A DNA stretch of 60,449 bases from a virus (taxonomy: Duplodnaviria; Caudoviricetes): positions 1 to 60,449 of the IMG/VR virus record IMGVR_UViG_3300037247_000601; one strand, given 5' to 3'. Positions 42,824 through 52,027 of this stretch are shown piece after piece. The notes below the pieces were generated by a model. That model saw only the letters and a list, made by a program, of their open reading frames with translations. It was not told the origin of the DNA and ran no database searches. The translations under genes and the position numbers were made by a program. Every line of letters starts with the position of its first letter. Positions within the stretch are counted from its first letter, which is position 1.

Positions 42824-44209
42824 TCATGACGTAAGGGCCTCCATGAACGCTTGAGTCTTGCGAACGTTGTTGAAATATTGAACTTCTTGATATGTTGCTT
42901 GCTCAATATTCTCCGTTCCACCTGGATGATCCCCCAGGGAAAGCTGAGTTAAATCCTCGGGAAGGGTTGTAACGCTAGTGTCTGTTACCACTGACGAGCC
43001 ATCGACCACCATCTCAACATCATCAATTGCCCAAGCCAGAGCCACCTGATGCAAAGTATCGACAGCGGGAATGCCGCCGGTATTAATTGAAACATCGCTG
43101 TTACCGTCTCTTATTCGAGCTTGAAAAGCATCAACACTGCCATGAAGATTGATGCGGAATGTATCGGTGTTGCTGCCATCGTTGATGGAAATCACTGGCT
43201 GCGTGGTGCCGTTCTTAATGCCCCCGCCATTTATGTATTTTGTATACAGGGTGCCGGGTGCACTGCTATCAGCGAACCAGCTCAAAGTTGTTTCAACGAT
43301 GAGGTCTTCCGTCCGCGTCACGGCCCCCGTAGTGGTGGGTATGAAAGAAGTGACGTGAGCCGAGTCAGCGTCAGTACCAACTTCCTCAAGCTGGAACCCT
43401 CCCCAAAATACACTGTTTGTCACTTCTGCCGTATCAACCCCATCAGCAGTCGTATTGATAATTTCAAAACGCCCGTCCGTTTGCCCCGTTACGATCTGAC
43501 CGCCCCCTTCGATGCGAAAAACGCCGCCACCGACATCTGTCATTTTTGCACTGTTGGACGAATAAGACCCAGTACCAACCGCTTGAGCAGTACCTACGTT
43601 CCCAGTGCTCAGATCGAACCACGCCTCGAACCCGTTATCCCCGTCAGACTCGTCAATCCACGACATTTTCACCCAGTCGTGACTTCCCGTAGTGCCCTGA
43701 CTGACAAAAGCCGAAATGCCGACTTTGGTGTTGTTCGTGACCGTTATGGTCTGCTGGATCGTTTCGGCGCTGTCCCCATGCAGCACGTCATCCATTGTGG
43801 CGTTGCCATCAGGGAAAGTACCGGCATTCGCCGTAATCGTCGTGTTGGTGCCGGGGTTAGTCCATGTGGTTTCAAGGTCATTCGCCTGGAGGCATTTATT
43901 GACCCGCTGCGTTTCCCGTAAAAGTCCCTCTGCCGCGCCAGTTACAGGATGGTGAGTGAAGCGCGGTTCGTTATTGGTTGTCGAGACAAGCGCCGCATTT
44001 TCGTCCCAGATCAAGCTGGTGCCATTGTTGCCCGTATAGGTTGGCACTGGGCCTTTGACGACCGACTGCGCGATGGTGGAGCCGGAGTCGAGCAGGTAGA
44101 TGTAGTGAAGCGTGAGAGAGGCGTCGCCAGTGGACGGAGCAAATAGCACCACCGCTGCAATCAGCGCGGTACTACATAGCAGCTTGCTCCGGGGTTTCAG
44201 ACAGCTCAT
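42824..44209 (-). CDS. LamG/ConA-like spike-fibre protein
   Basis: PRF...GLLRE.QR.N, FWGGFQLE, TSFIPTTTGAVTR, GTLY, VALAW. Confidence 0.75.
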   Translation of the reverse strand: MSCLKPRSKLLCSTALIAAVVLFAPSTGDASLTLHYIYLLDSGSTIAQSVVKGPVPTYTGNNGTSLIWDENAALVSTTNNEPRFTHHPVTGAAEGLLRETQRVNKCLQANDLETTWTNPGTNTTITANAGTFPDGNATMDDVLHGDSAETIQQTITVTNNTKVGISAFVSQGTTGSHDWVKMSWIDESDGDNGFEAWFDLSTGNVGTAQAVGTGSYSSNSAKMTDVGGGVFRIEGGGQIVTGQTDGRFEIINTTADGVDTAEVTNSVFWGGFQLEEVGTDADSAHVTSFIPTTTGAVTRTEDLIVETTLSWFADSSAPGTLYTKYINGGGIKNGTTQPVISINDGSNTDTFRINLHGSVDAFQARIRDGNSDVSINTGGIPAVDTLHQVALAWAIDDVEMVVDGSSVVTDTSVTTLPEDLTQLSLGDHPGGTENIEQATYQEVQYFNNVRKTQAFMEALTS

Positions 44210-44679
44210 GCTGGGAGAATCCCCACGCGGATCGTCAGGTCCGAAGTCGAGGCATAATTGGCCGTCCCGCGTTCCATGATCGCCGCATAGAGCGCCGTGT
44301 TGCTGAACGGGATAGCGAGATTCAACGCCTGGCCGATCGAGTTGTCGTTGAAGTCAATCCAGGTGGTGACCTGCGCGACCCCGAGGATGTTCACCAGATC
44401 GGCGTCAGCAATATCCAGCGCCGCATTCTCGGTGAAGGTTGTGTTCGACGGGTTGGTGTCGAAGAACACCACATCCTTGTCGATGTCCTGCTTCGCCAGA
44501 TCGGTGATGAGCACCGACTGGATCAACCCGCCGCCGAACTTCTTCTCCGATTCAATGTCCGAGATGTTCAACAGCCCTCCCACCAGATCGCCGCTGGAGT
44601 AATCGGGTGTTGCCTCCACCGTTACGGGCAGTTCGACAAAATACACCCCGCCGCGCTTCGACACAGTGCGTGCTACCAT
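44206..44679 (-). CDS. Putative structural protein
   Basis: YSSGDLVGG jelly-roll-like; GAGG SD. Confidence 0.65.
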   Translation of the reverse strand: MVARTVSKRGGVYFVELPVTVEATPDYSSGDLVGGLLNISDIESEKKFGGGLIQSVLITDLAKQDIDKDVVFFDTNPSNTTFTENAALDIADADLVNILGVAQVTTWIDFNDNSIGQALNLAIPFSNTALYAAIMERGTANYASTSDLTIRVGILPA

Positions 44680-44797
44680 GAGCGTTTCCTCTCGGTCATG
44701 AAAAACCCCGCTCTCGGCTGAGTGCCGGACGGGGAGAGAGTCGAAGGCGCGCTAGCTACTGAGCCAGACACGCCGCACAATTGTGAAGAAGCGGCCG

Positions 44798-44953
44798 TTA
44801 CCTCTTAGGCCGGCTGTAGCCCTTCATGGGTCGCTCCTTCGCCACAGCGGCCTTGGGCGAGGCCCTGGCGGCCTTGGCGGGGCGGGGCCTGGCCACGGCA
44901 GCACGGGCCTTGGGACTGACCTGGGCGGGCAGCGTGGGGCGGCGACGGGGCAT
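44798..44953 (-). CDS. Small highly basic protein, first late gene
   Basis: GGAG SD; R/K/A/P-rich. Confidence 0.55.
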   Translation of the reverse strand: MPRRRPTLPAQVSPKARAAVARPRPAKAARASPKAAVAKERPMKGYSRPKR

Positions 44954-44968
44954 GGCTGATTCTCCACA

Positions 44969-45003
44969 GAAAACCCGCCGCGGGCGGTGCCGAGCAGGCG
45001 GTT
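44969..45003 (-). terminator. tR'-like terminator after late promoter
   Basis: CCGCC...GGCGG stem followed by TTTT on - strand. Confidence 0.5.
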
Positions 45004-45053
45004 GTCTCACGCGAAATAGTGCGTTTAGCGCAAATATCCAACGCTGGGGCGAA

Positions 45054-45083
45054 ACCCTATGGCATTTCGGGCATTTCGGGCAA
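45054..45083 (-). promoter_or_regulatory. Putative late promoter with 9-bp tandem repeats
   Basis: TTGCCC-N18-TAGGGT; GGCATTTCG tandem; just downstream of late regulator. Confidence 0.5.
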
Positions 45084-45091
45084 GTGTTTTT

Positions 45092-45547
45092 TCAACCTGC
45101 TTCGGCCAGCTTGTCCAAGATATCCTGGACCCCATCGGCATACCAACGGCGAACCGTGCGGCTATTGGTGCCCAGCGTCTTGGCTATCTGCGCCCACGAG
45201 TAAGCCGGTCGCTCGCTTAACGGATGAATCAACATGCGACCTGACACTGCCTTTCGATGGTGTGGGAGATTCATCATCAGCAGCCATCCCAGCACCTCGT
45301 CCAAGCGGGCTATGGCCGGCCGGTCGGCGTGCAGTTTGGTGGTATTACGAATCTGCGCCAGGGCCTCTTGCCGCTCCGCCACGCTGCCCTGGTCCGCCTT
45401 GCCGGCCACGTCCCAGAACCGTTGCAGTACGTCGGGCCAAGCTACATTGTACCCCGCTGGCATACCATCGACGGGCATGGGCAGCATCATCAGGGTCTTG
45501 CCCGCATCCTCGAGCCGCCGCTTCACCTCATCGCGCAAATCAACCAT
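45092..45547 (-). CDS. DUF6362-like late regulator / antiterminator
   Basis: RRLEDAGKTL..LP, WPD, RLDEVLGWL, SWAQIAKTLG..RRWY HTH; Q-like position. Confidence 0.75.
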   Translation of the reverse strand: MVDLRDEVKRRLEDAGKTLMMLPMPVDGMPAGYNVAWPDVLQRFWDVAGKADQGSVAERQEALAQIRNTTKLHADRPAIARLDEVLGWLLMMNLPHHRKAVSGRMLIHPLSERPAYSWAQIAKTLGTNSRTVRRWYADGVQDILDKLAEAG

Positions 45548-45707
45548 CGGGGCGCTTCATGCTTTTCTTTATTATCCGATCAGCTTCCTGGCCCATGATT
45601 TTCCCAAGCTGTTCATGGACTGCATCAAAAAACCGCCACACCGAAACTGGCCGGAACCGTACTTCTCGAAAGCGAAGCTCGATCTCTCTTGCCGTTTGCG
45701 TGTTCAT
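45540..45707 (-). CDS. Hypothetical protein
   Basis: 55-aa ORF filling the gap. Confidence 0.45.
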   Translation of the reverse strand: MNTQTAREIELRFREVRFRPVSVWRFFDAVHEQLGKIMGQEADRIIKKSMKRPDG

Positions 45708-45813
45708 TTTGAGGTCGCCCCCTTTCTTTCTGGATCATTCCTTGCACCTCCGCGTCGGGTCATGGATATGGTCCGCTGTGCTGTTGCTGTCTCGGTCATT
45801 GATTTGGCCTTCG

Positions 45814-46116
45814 TTATTGTGCCAACTCGGCTTTCGCCGGTCCCTGGCGGCTGATGTCATGCCAACCCTCGGCGTCTTCCATCCTCTCGGCCAGCAGAGC
45901 GCCAATCCGTCGAGCCGCGTCGATGAATAAATCTTTCCGGTATTTCCGCCGCTTTAGTATCTCCACGGTGTCAGTAAATCTCGTGAGGTTCCGACACCGG
46001 GATGGCGGCTCGATGTGGGAAAGTCCTCGCGCGTTTACGCCATCGAGGTTCAATCTCATGGTGTACCGCTGGCCATAGGGACCGATCATCGACATTTCCA
46101 GAAACCAATCTTCCAT
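45814..46116 (-). CDS. Hypothetical protein
   Basis: GAGG SD. Confidence 0.65.
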   Translation of the reverse strand: MEDWFLEMSMIGPYGQRYTMRLNLDGVNARGLSHIEPPSRCRNLTRFTDTVEILKRRKYRKDLFIDAARRIGALLAERMEDAEGWHDISRQGPAKAELAQ

Positions 46117-46146
46117 CGCTCAGTTCCTCTCTCCCGTCCTTTACCG

Positions 46147-46332
46147 TCAAGACCCACCCCCGAACTGGTGCTCCGCCACTTCGACGATCTTCGCCCGAAT
46201 ACCTGCGTCCTCCACTTGGCTCAACCTCACCACCAAGGTCTCGTGGTTCTCCCAGGCCCGGGCGCCCAGGGCATTAAGTTGCGCCCGGGTCGTGGTCGGC
46301 ACCGTCTGGATGCGGGCGAGGCTGTCTTTCAC
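46147..46332 (-). CDS. Hypothetical protein
   Basis: GTGA overlap with initiator. Confidence 0.5.
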   Translation of the reverse strand: MKDSLARIQTVPTTTRAQLNALGARAWENHETLVVRLSQVEDAGIRAKIVEVAEHQFGGGS

Positions 46333-47351
46333 GGCTCGCCACCGCTCTGAACAATCTTGAACTTCTCCATCACCTCGGTAGCGATCTGGCAGTCCGGCTC
46401 GCCCGGCTTCGGCCCCCAGTGGTCCATCCACTCGCCGGTTGCGTCCAAGCGTACCAGCTGGCGGTACTGTTCGCGCAGGTTCTCCTCGCCCTCGATCAGG
46501 TATGGGCCTTGGTCCTGACCGTTGCCGCCTGGGTATTTGCCTTCCACGATCTTGGCCAAGTTAGCGGGTTTGATGACCCAGTCGATATCGGCCTTAAACG
46601 GCCTATCACGGCCTGGTCCGGGTGCCACCTTACCGGTCAGGAACTCGCTCGCCGCTATACGCTGGCAGTAGGCTCGCCATTGTTCGATGTCGTTGCCGAA
46701 GTCTTCCTTGAGCCGGAGGGCCAATCCCTTGGCACGCCCGCTCGGCAGCTTGACCGCCTCTGCCAAGCCGACCTCACCGCAAACCTCGTTCCAGATTTCC
46801 ATCATCTCCCTCGCCGCGCCAGCGGCGCTGGTTTGTGGTTCTGGTTTGTTGTTAGTGGTTAGTGGTACTGGTAAAGGAGATCGAATGGGTATCGAAGGGG
46901 TATCGATAGGGTCTGCCATGGGCCACCCTTCCCTATCCGATAGGGTATCGGAAAAATGATCGAGTTGCGGTTCGAGAAGTTCCTTAAGTGACTGGTACAC
47001 ATTGGTATTTTGCGGAACACGATTGACAAGCATCAAGGCATGTATGGCAACTTTAACGCTTCTGATCGGGTCTTTTCGCAACCCATTGACGATTAGGGTC
47101 CAGCCAGTGGTTTCGTCGCGCACGATGAAGCCCGTTCGAGACATCTCCGATAGGGCTTCGCATACCCCTTCGATACCCCATGCGCCAAAGCGCGGAATGT
47201 CTGAGATGGCACCCACGCCGATCCGGAAACAACCGATCGCGTTCCGATGCGGGCCAGTGATCAGAAACAGCCCGAGTAGGGCCGCGCGGTCGCTCAGCGC
47301 CGCGATCTTCTCCCCGTCCCAGTATTCTTCGTACACCTTGCCGTAGCTCAA
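46329..47351 (-). CDS. Phage replication initiation protein
   Basis: YGKV...YW.....LSD.A.LL.LFLIT.PH.N.IG.F; FKADIDWVIKP.N..KIVEGKY; contains iterons. Confidence 0.8.
   Translation of the reverse strand: MSYGKVYEEYWDGEKIAALSDRAALLGLFLITGPHRNAIGCFRIGVGAISDIPRFGAWGIEGVCEALSEMSRTGFIVRDETTGWTLIVNGLRKDPIRSVKVAIHALMLVNRVPQNTNVYQSLKELLEPQLDHFSDTLSDREGWPMADPIDTPSIPIRSPLPVPLTTNNKPEPQTSAAGAAREMMEIWNEVCGEVGLAEAVKLPSGRAKGLALRLKEDFGNDIEQWRAYCQRIAASEFLTGKVAPGPGRDRPFKADIDWVIKPANLAKIVEGKYPGGNGQDQGPYLIEGEENLREQYRQLVRLDATGEWMDHWGPKPGEPDCQIATEVMEKFKIVQSGGEP
46881..47180. repeat. 11-bp iteron-like repeats (putative origin)
   Basis: TCGAATGGGTA/TCGAAGGGGTA/TCGATAGGGTC tandem at 46881-46913; CCGATAGGGTA at 46937; inverted copy at 47163-47173. 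Confidence 0.65.
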
Positions 47352-47394
47352 AACGGCCTCCTATCGCTCGAGTTCTATTTCATCCGGCGCTTGC

Positions 47395-48696
47395 TCATAA
47401 CGCCGCTCTCATGAACGCCGCCGCGACTTGCGGGACGATGGCATTGCCGTAGGCGCGCAGCTTGCCCACGCGGGCGGGAATCCCATGATCCAGCGGGAAT
47501 GTTCCGGGCTCAACGCGCCGCGATTTTCCGTCTCCGCAAGGGATGATGTCGTAGGCGTCCCAGAAGCCAAGGTCGCCATGTGGTGGAGAGACAATCCTTT
47601 CGACACGCCCCGCTCCATCCGGTTCTTCTCGGTTGACACCTTGCGCATCTTCCGACCGTCCCGGTGGTTCTGGGTATCTGGAGTTGCCCACCCGGCGATC
47701 GCCGCTGCATCCGGGGTCGGCCAGCCTGCCAATGCAGTCTGCGTCTCCAGACTCGCCTGGCGCTTGCTCCCCGCCGGCTGTGTTTTTTTTATTCGCCCGC
47801 CGTTCGGGACGTTCGGCGTTGCCCAGCCCGCTAAGTAAACCTGATCCTCCAGCCGGCTCCTGTGATTGAGCGCCCTGTTGGGGTTGCCCGTCGTGTGGCC
47901 GCTCTCCACAGAACGCGGCGTGCCCCACCCGGCCAATTCCGCCACTTCGTTGAGGGGCCTCGCATTCTTTCCGTGCTGGTTCGACTTGTCGCCCTTCCAG
48001 TCCCGCGCCGAGGTCGTTGGCCAGCCCGCAACCAAAGCCGTCGTCTTGCGACTGCTGTCGTTGTTCCCCGCCTCGTTGTAGCCCTTCTGGGCCGGGGGGC
48101 CCGCCATCGGCGTTGGCCAGCCACCAAAGCCGCTGTCGGGGGTGCGGCGCTCCGACGCTCGCAGCGCACAAATCCGAGGCGGCAACGGCAAATCCGAGTA
48201 TCTCCAGCGAACCTCGTACTCCGGCGAACCAGCGCCGGCCATCGATGCTTTCAACCTGCTCTCCAAAGACGATTGCAGGGCGGAGCTCGGTGATGAGGCG
48301 CCATGCTTCCGGCCAAAGGTGCCGGGAATCTTCGTCCCACGCGTGGCCGCAGTCGGCGCATATGAAGAAGCCAGTTCGTCGAGGGCACGGGACAAGCAAC
48401 GCGCTACCGCAGCTTGGGCACGTCTTCTGCTTGCCGGCGACGGAGAATGGGGGACAGGGGCATGAGGCTGTCCAAATAGGTCGGTCGTCGGGGATGCCGG
48501 CGAGCCTTGCAGCCGCGGCCCAACCGCCGATTCCGGCGAACAAGTGGACTTGTCCGTAGCCCTTGAGGTCATCGCCCGCCACCTCCCGGATATCGCGCTC
48601 GTCCACCTCGCCGGCGGGGATATGCCCGGCCGCGATCAGGTTGCGCAGCCAAGCCGCGCAATAGGCGTCGATCTCGTTGTAATAGGCAGAGGCCAT
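47395..48696 (-). CDS. DNA cytosine-C5 methyltransferase, main frame (motifs I-VIII, X)
   Basis: LFAGIGGW, SCPCPPFSVAG, GEQV, PHPRQRLW, YGNAIVPQVA. Confidence 0.9.
   Translation of the reverse strand: MASAYYNEIDAYCAAWLRNLIAAGHIPAGEVDERDIREVAGDDLKGYGQVHLFAGIGGWAAAARLAGIPDDRPIWTASCPCPPFSVAGKQKTCPSCGSALLVPCPRRTGFFICADCGHAWDEDSRHLWPEAWRLITELRPAIVFGEQVESIDGRRWFAGVRGSLEILGFAVAASDLCAASVGAPHPRQRLWWLANADGGPPGPEGLQRGGEQRQQSQDDGFGCGLANDLGAGLEGRQVEPARKECEAPQRSGGIGRVGHAAFCGERPHDGQPQQGAQSQEPAGGSGLLSGLGNAERPERRANKKNTAGGEQAPGESGDADCIGRLADPGCSGDRRVGNSRYPEPPGRSEDAQGVNREEPDGAGRVERIVSPPHGDLGFWDAYDIIPCGDGKSRRVEPGTFPLDHGIPARVGKLRAYGNAIVPQVAAAFMRAAL
47409..48572 (-). CDS. Nested alternate-frame subunit of the C5 MTase (WPTP repeats + motif IX)
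   Basis: Six GW[P/G/A]T[P/T] repeats; LSPEHSRWIMGFP; start uncertain. Confidence 0.75.
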   Translation of the reverse strand: MTSRATDKSTCSPESAVGPRLQGSPASPTTDLFGQPHAPVPHSPSPASRRRAQAAVARCLSRALDELASSYAPTAATRGTKIPGTFGRKHGASSPSSALQSSLESRLKASMAGAGSPEYEVRWRYSDLPLPPRICALRASERRTPDSGFGGWPTPMAGPPAQKGYNEAGNNDSSRKTTALVAGWPTTSARDWKGDKSNQHGKNARPLNEVAELAGWGTPRSVESGHTTGNPNRALNHRSRLEDQVYLAGWATPNVPNGGRIKKTQPAGSKRQASLETQTALAGWPTPDAAAIAGWATPDTQNHRDGRKMRKVSTEKNRMERGVSKGLSLHHMATLASGTPTTSSLAETENRGALSPEHSRWIMGFPPAWASCAPTAMPSSRKSRRRS

Positions 48697-51330
48697 TCAA
48701 AAAACGATCTCCTCCTGGTTCTCCTGTTCCGCCGCGTCCCCCTCGTGAAACCGCATGCGCGGCCCGTCGAACTCCACCGTCACGCTGCCCGTGGGCCCGT
48801 TGCGCTGCTTGGCCACGATGATCTCCGCTTTGCTGCGCTTGTCTTCCAGGCGCGTGTACCAAGTGCGCTCGCGTCTTTCGAACGTCTCGTCTGTCTCATT
48901 GCCGCGGCGCTGGGGCTTCTCATTTCGCAGATAGTATTCCTCGCGGTACAGGAACATCACCACGTCGGCGTCCTGCTCGATCGAGCCCGATTCGCGCAAG
49001 TCCGGCAGGCGCGGCCGGTGATCGTCGCGACTGTCAACTTGGCGCGAAAGCTGGCTGAGCAGGATCACCGGCACGCGCAACTCCTTGGCGATACCAGTCT
49101 TGATCTGCCGCGTCATCTGACCGATCTCTTCGTAACGCTGCATGCCATGCGGCCGGCGGTCGTCGCCCATCAGTTGCAGATAGTCGATCACCACCAGATC
49201 GAGCCCGCCGGCCCGCTGCATGCGCCGCGCCCGCGCCCGGATACCCGCTACCGAAATGGTCGAGGTATCGTCGATATGAAGCGGGAGTGCTGCCAGCGCC
49301 TCGCGGCACTGCACCACTTGGTCCATCTCGGCCTCGCTCAGCCAGCCGTTGTTGATGTTTTTGGAATCGATTCCGGTGATCCGGCTGATCTCGCGCTGGA
49401 TCACGTCCTCGGCGGTCATCTCCAACGAGAAGAAGGCGGGCCGCTGGCCAGATCGCGCGGCATTGAAGGCGATTCCCTCGGCGGCCGCGGTGTTGTGAGT
49501 CACGACGAAATCATCGGTTATATATTGGCGAGACGGGTGTGTGACGGAAATACAAGTTGCGTCAGCGATCCTGGTTGGAACAATAGAAAGAATGGTTGGC
49601 TTTCTTGTGCGGGAAACAGGACAACCCGCTCTCTCTCGTTTTCGTCCGAGGGTAAAAAGCTCATCTTTCGGCAGAGAACAAATGTTCACAACCCAGGAGG
49701 GGCGCCGCTTGAGAATTCCTTTGCTGGTGCGGTAGTGGGTGGTTTTAGCCCTCTTGGTTACCCACCCGCCTAGAGACCGAGCAAGGTCGACAACTTGACC
49801 AGCGAGTCGCTCGCTACTGCTGTAAAACCGAACTGTGCCGTGTGTCTCAATAGAGCCATCAGTATCCAGCAACCCTCGAAGTAAGGCCAAACGATCTGCG
49901 CGCGGAGCCGTTAAATAAATCCCCGGGATGAATTTTTCTGTAGACAGCAAATTCCAAATTCCAAGTTTCTCCAATTTTGAAACGAGTTGATTTGGTTGCG
50001 ACCCGCTACGCCGCATAGGAGTGCCATGGTCACGGTAGGCAACACGACGCGCCCATTTTGCGCGGCCACAACAAAGAGCAGAACACCACTTTCTACTTCT
50101 ATGGCCGCCAGATATTTCAACACCACAATATTCACAGTTTTTGGCTTTTACGCCGACTATCCGATAAGTAATATCTCCAACCGTCTTAGATAGAATGAGG
50201 CCATCGCCGACCGCGGCAGCAACACCGTGAACTATTTCTTCATCCACCGACGTAATGTTCGCCGTTCCACCATGGAAAGCGCCATCCCCAAGGAGAACCC
50301 CCAAGAGCCACGAGTCGATCGGCAAAGATTGCTCATGGCCAAAATCCCCATTGAAAGTGTCGATCCGAAGACGTTTTTCGTAACTCGGACGCTTCAGGAG
50401 TCCTTCGAGATCGTTCGTAGAAAGCACCCGCGCTTCTCTCCATCCCCGATTATTGACACGCCATAAATGCTCGCCGCAGCACTCCGCAAAGCGACCGTCC
50501 GAGAAAGTCACTCTATAAATTTGCTTCTGTCCTTGCGGGAATACGCCGCTGACCAAGGAACGGCGACCATCCACCGAAGCGAGTTCGTCACCAGGTTTCA
50601 GATCCCGCATTGTGGCCCAACCCACCGGGGTAAGAATTTTCGCGTCAAGAGGCTGCGCTTTCCCCATGGAGGTCGCGCCCGCCAGCACGTAGAGCTTGCC
50701 CGGCTTCAACCCGCCGATCAGTTTATCCAGGCTTTTCAAGCCGGTGCACAAGCCCGCCGCGCCGGTCCCTTGCGCCTTGTAGGCGTCTTGAATCTGCTCC
50801 AGCGCGCCCTCGACCCGGTTTCCCAGCGGCTCCAACCCGCCGCGGTCGCCTGCACCCAAGATGGCGTCCAGGCCGCCCTGCGCTTCCTCGATAATGGTCT
50901 CGGCTGGGCGATCCAGGTCAACGTCATGCAGCGCCTCGATGGTGTCCTGGGCGCCCAGGATGGCCTCGCGCCGGCGGTACAGGTCCACCAGGGTGGCGGC
51001 GTACTGGCCCGCCTGCTGCGTGCCCGCGGCCGCCAAGGTGAGCTCGACCAGATATTGCGGGCCGGTCATGCCGGGGGCGGGCTCGTCGGCCTCGAACAGC
51101 GCCCGCAGGCTGAGGGCCGAGGCGGTCTGGCCGCGCTCGATCAACTTGGCCATGGCCTCGTAGATGCGGCCGTGGAGCGCGTCGTCAAAGTGCTCGGGCT
51201 TGAGCGCGTCGGCCACTTGATCGTAGGCCGCGTTGTCGGCCAGCAGGATACCGAGTAGCGCCTGTTCGATCTCGGAATTCGCCGGCGGCGGCCGGGGCGC
51301 GGGGTCGTCGATCGTGAAGGGATCGGTCAT
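48697..51330 (-). CDS. dnaB: Replicative DNA helicase DnaB (intein-containing)
   Basis: EIEQALLG, GATSMGK|T, FSLEM, VIDYLQL, LSQLSR, LRESGSIEQDAD, KQRNGP. Confidence 0.95.
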   Translation of the reverse strand: MTDPFTIDDPAPRPPPANSEIEQALLGILLADNAAYDQVADALKPEHFDDALHGRIYEAMAKLIERGQTASALSLRALFEADEPAPGMTGPQYLVELTLAAAGTQQAGQYAATLVDLYRRREAILGAQDTIEALHDVDLDRPAETIIEEAQGGLDAILGAGDRGGLEPLGNRVEGALEQIQDAYKAQGTGAAGLCTGLKSLDKLIGGLKPGKLYVLAGATSMGKAQPLDAKILTPVGWATMRDLKPGDELASVDGRRSLVSGVFPQGQKQIYRVTFSDGRFAECCGEHLWRVNNRGWREARVLSTNDLEGLLKRPSYEKRLRIDTFNGDFGHEQSLPIDSWLLGVLLGDGAFHGGTANITSVDEEIVHGVAAAVGDGLILSKTVGDITYRIVGVKAKNCEYCGVEISGGHRSRKWCSALCCGRAKWARRVAYRDHGTPMRRSGSQPNQLVSKLEKLGIWNLLSTEKFIPGIYLTAPRADRLALLRGLLDTDGSIETHGTVRFYSSSERLAGQVVDLARSLGGWVTKRAKTTHYRTSKGILKRRPSWVVNICSLPKDELFTLGRKRERAGCPVSRTRKPTILSIVPTRIADATCISVTHPSRQYITDDFVVTHNTAAAEGIAFNAARSGQRPAFFSLEMTAEDVIQREISRITGIDSKNINNGWLSEAEMDQVVQCREALAALPLHIDDTSTISVAGIRARARRMQRAGGLDLVVIDYLQLMGDDRRPHGMQRYEEIGQMTRQIKTGIAKELRVPVILLSQLSRQVDSRDDHRPRLPDLRESGSIEQDADVVMFLYREEYYLRNEKPQRRGNETDETFERRERTWYTRLEDKRSKAEIIVAKQRNGPTGSVTVEFDGPRMRFHEGDAAEQENQEEIVF
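49492..50658 (-). mobile_element. Class 3-type intein (389 aa) with LAGLIDADG endonuclease, in DnaB P-loop
   Basis: Ala1 (AQPLDA), CCGEHLW, LLGVLLGDG, LLRGLLDTDG, TCISV, VVTHN|T. Confidence 0.92.
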
Positions 51331-51584
51331 GGCGCGATCCGCCCTTCATAGATGCCCCAAGCACGCGCCTTGATGTAGTCCAGTGCCGAGAATGACCAGC
51401 GGCCCACGATCGCTCGGTTGATCATGCCAAAATTAATCCAAGCCTGATCGTGGTCGCGCTGCCGCAAGCAGAACGCATAGGTGAGCGCCACGCCGTTACG
51501 GGTCATCTTCGGCATGGCGATCTCTTCCAGAATGACCCTCTGGGGGTTGACCAGTTTCACACGCAGGCTGGTTTCTTGGCTCAT
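51327..51584 (-). CDS. Hypothetical protein
   Basis: ATGA overlaps at both ends. Confidence 0.65.
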   Translation of the reverse strand: MSQETSLRVKLVNPQRVILEEIAMPKMTRNGVALTYAFCLRQRDHDQAWINFGMINRAIVGRWSFSALDYIKARAWGIYEGRIAP

Positions 51585-52027
51585 GGTGCCTCGCTGGGCT
51601 GGCGCCTGTGGCAGCGCGCGTCGTGAACCGGGCAATAGCTCGATCCAGGCTGGACCGCTGCAGGGCAGCGCGGAGCGTCGGCGTAGAGCGTGAAGTCGCG
51701 GCCTTTTTCGCCTTCGATGAACTGGCAGGCGCGGCGCGGGGGTGCGACTGGCTCCGGTTGCGCAATCGGCTCAGAAATCGGGTTTGGTTGCGGCCGCGGT
51801 TCCGCAACTGTCTCTGTCGTGCGGCGCAGCGCCACCTTGCGCGTCGGCGCTACCTGGCCGACGCGAATAATTGGCCACGGCCGGGATTCCAGGCGCATCC
51901 GATGGACCTTGCCCGCCACGGCGTTCTTGGACACGCCCAGCGCCTTACCGATCAGGCTGGCCGAGGTGCCGGCGTCCCACAGTTCGGTCAGCCGCGCGAC
52001 GCGCTCTTGGGTCCAGGTCTGGGTCAT
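51581..52027 (-). CDS. gcrA: GcrA-family cell-cycle regulator
   Basis: WTQERVARLTELW..G.SAS.IG..LGVSKNAVAGKVHRM; CQFIEG...C.....GSSYCPVH. Confidence 0.85.
   Translation of the reverse strand: MTQTWTQERVARLTELWDAGTSASLIGKALGVSKNAVAGKVHRMRLESRPWPIIRVGQVAPTRKVALRRTTETVAEPRPQPNPISEPIAQPEPVAPPRRACQFIEGEKGRDFTLYADAPRCPAAVQPGSSYCPVHDARCHRRQPSEAP

Noticed and set aside
45003-45018. Second parS (TGTCTCACGCGAAATA)
   Set aside because: Three mismatches break the palindrome; not supportable alone.
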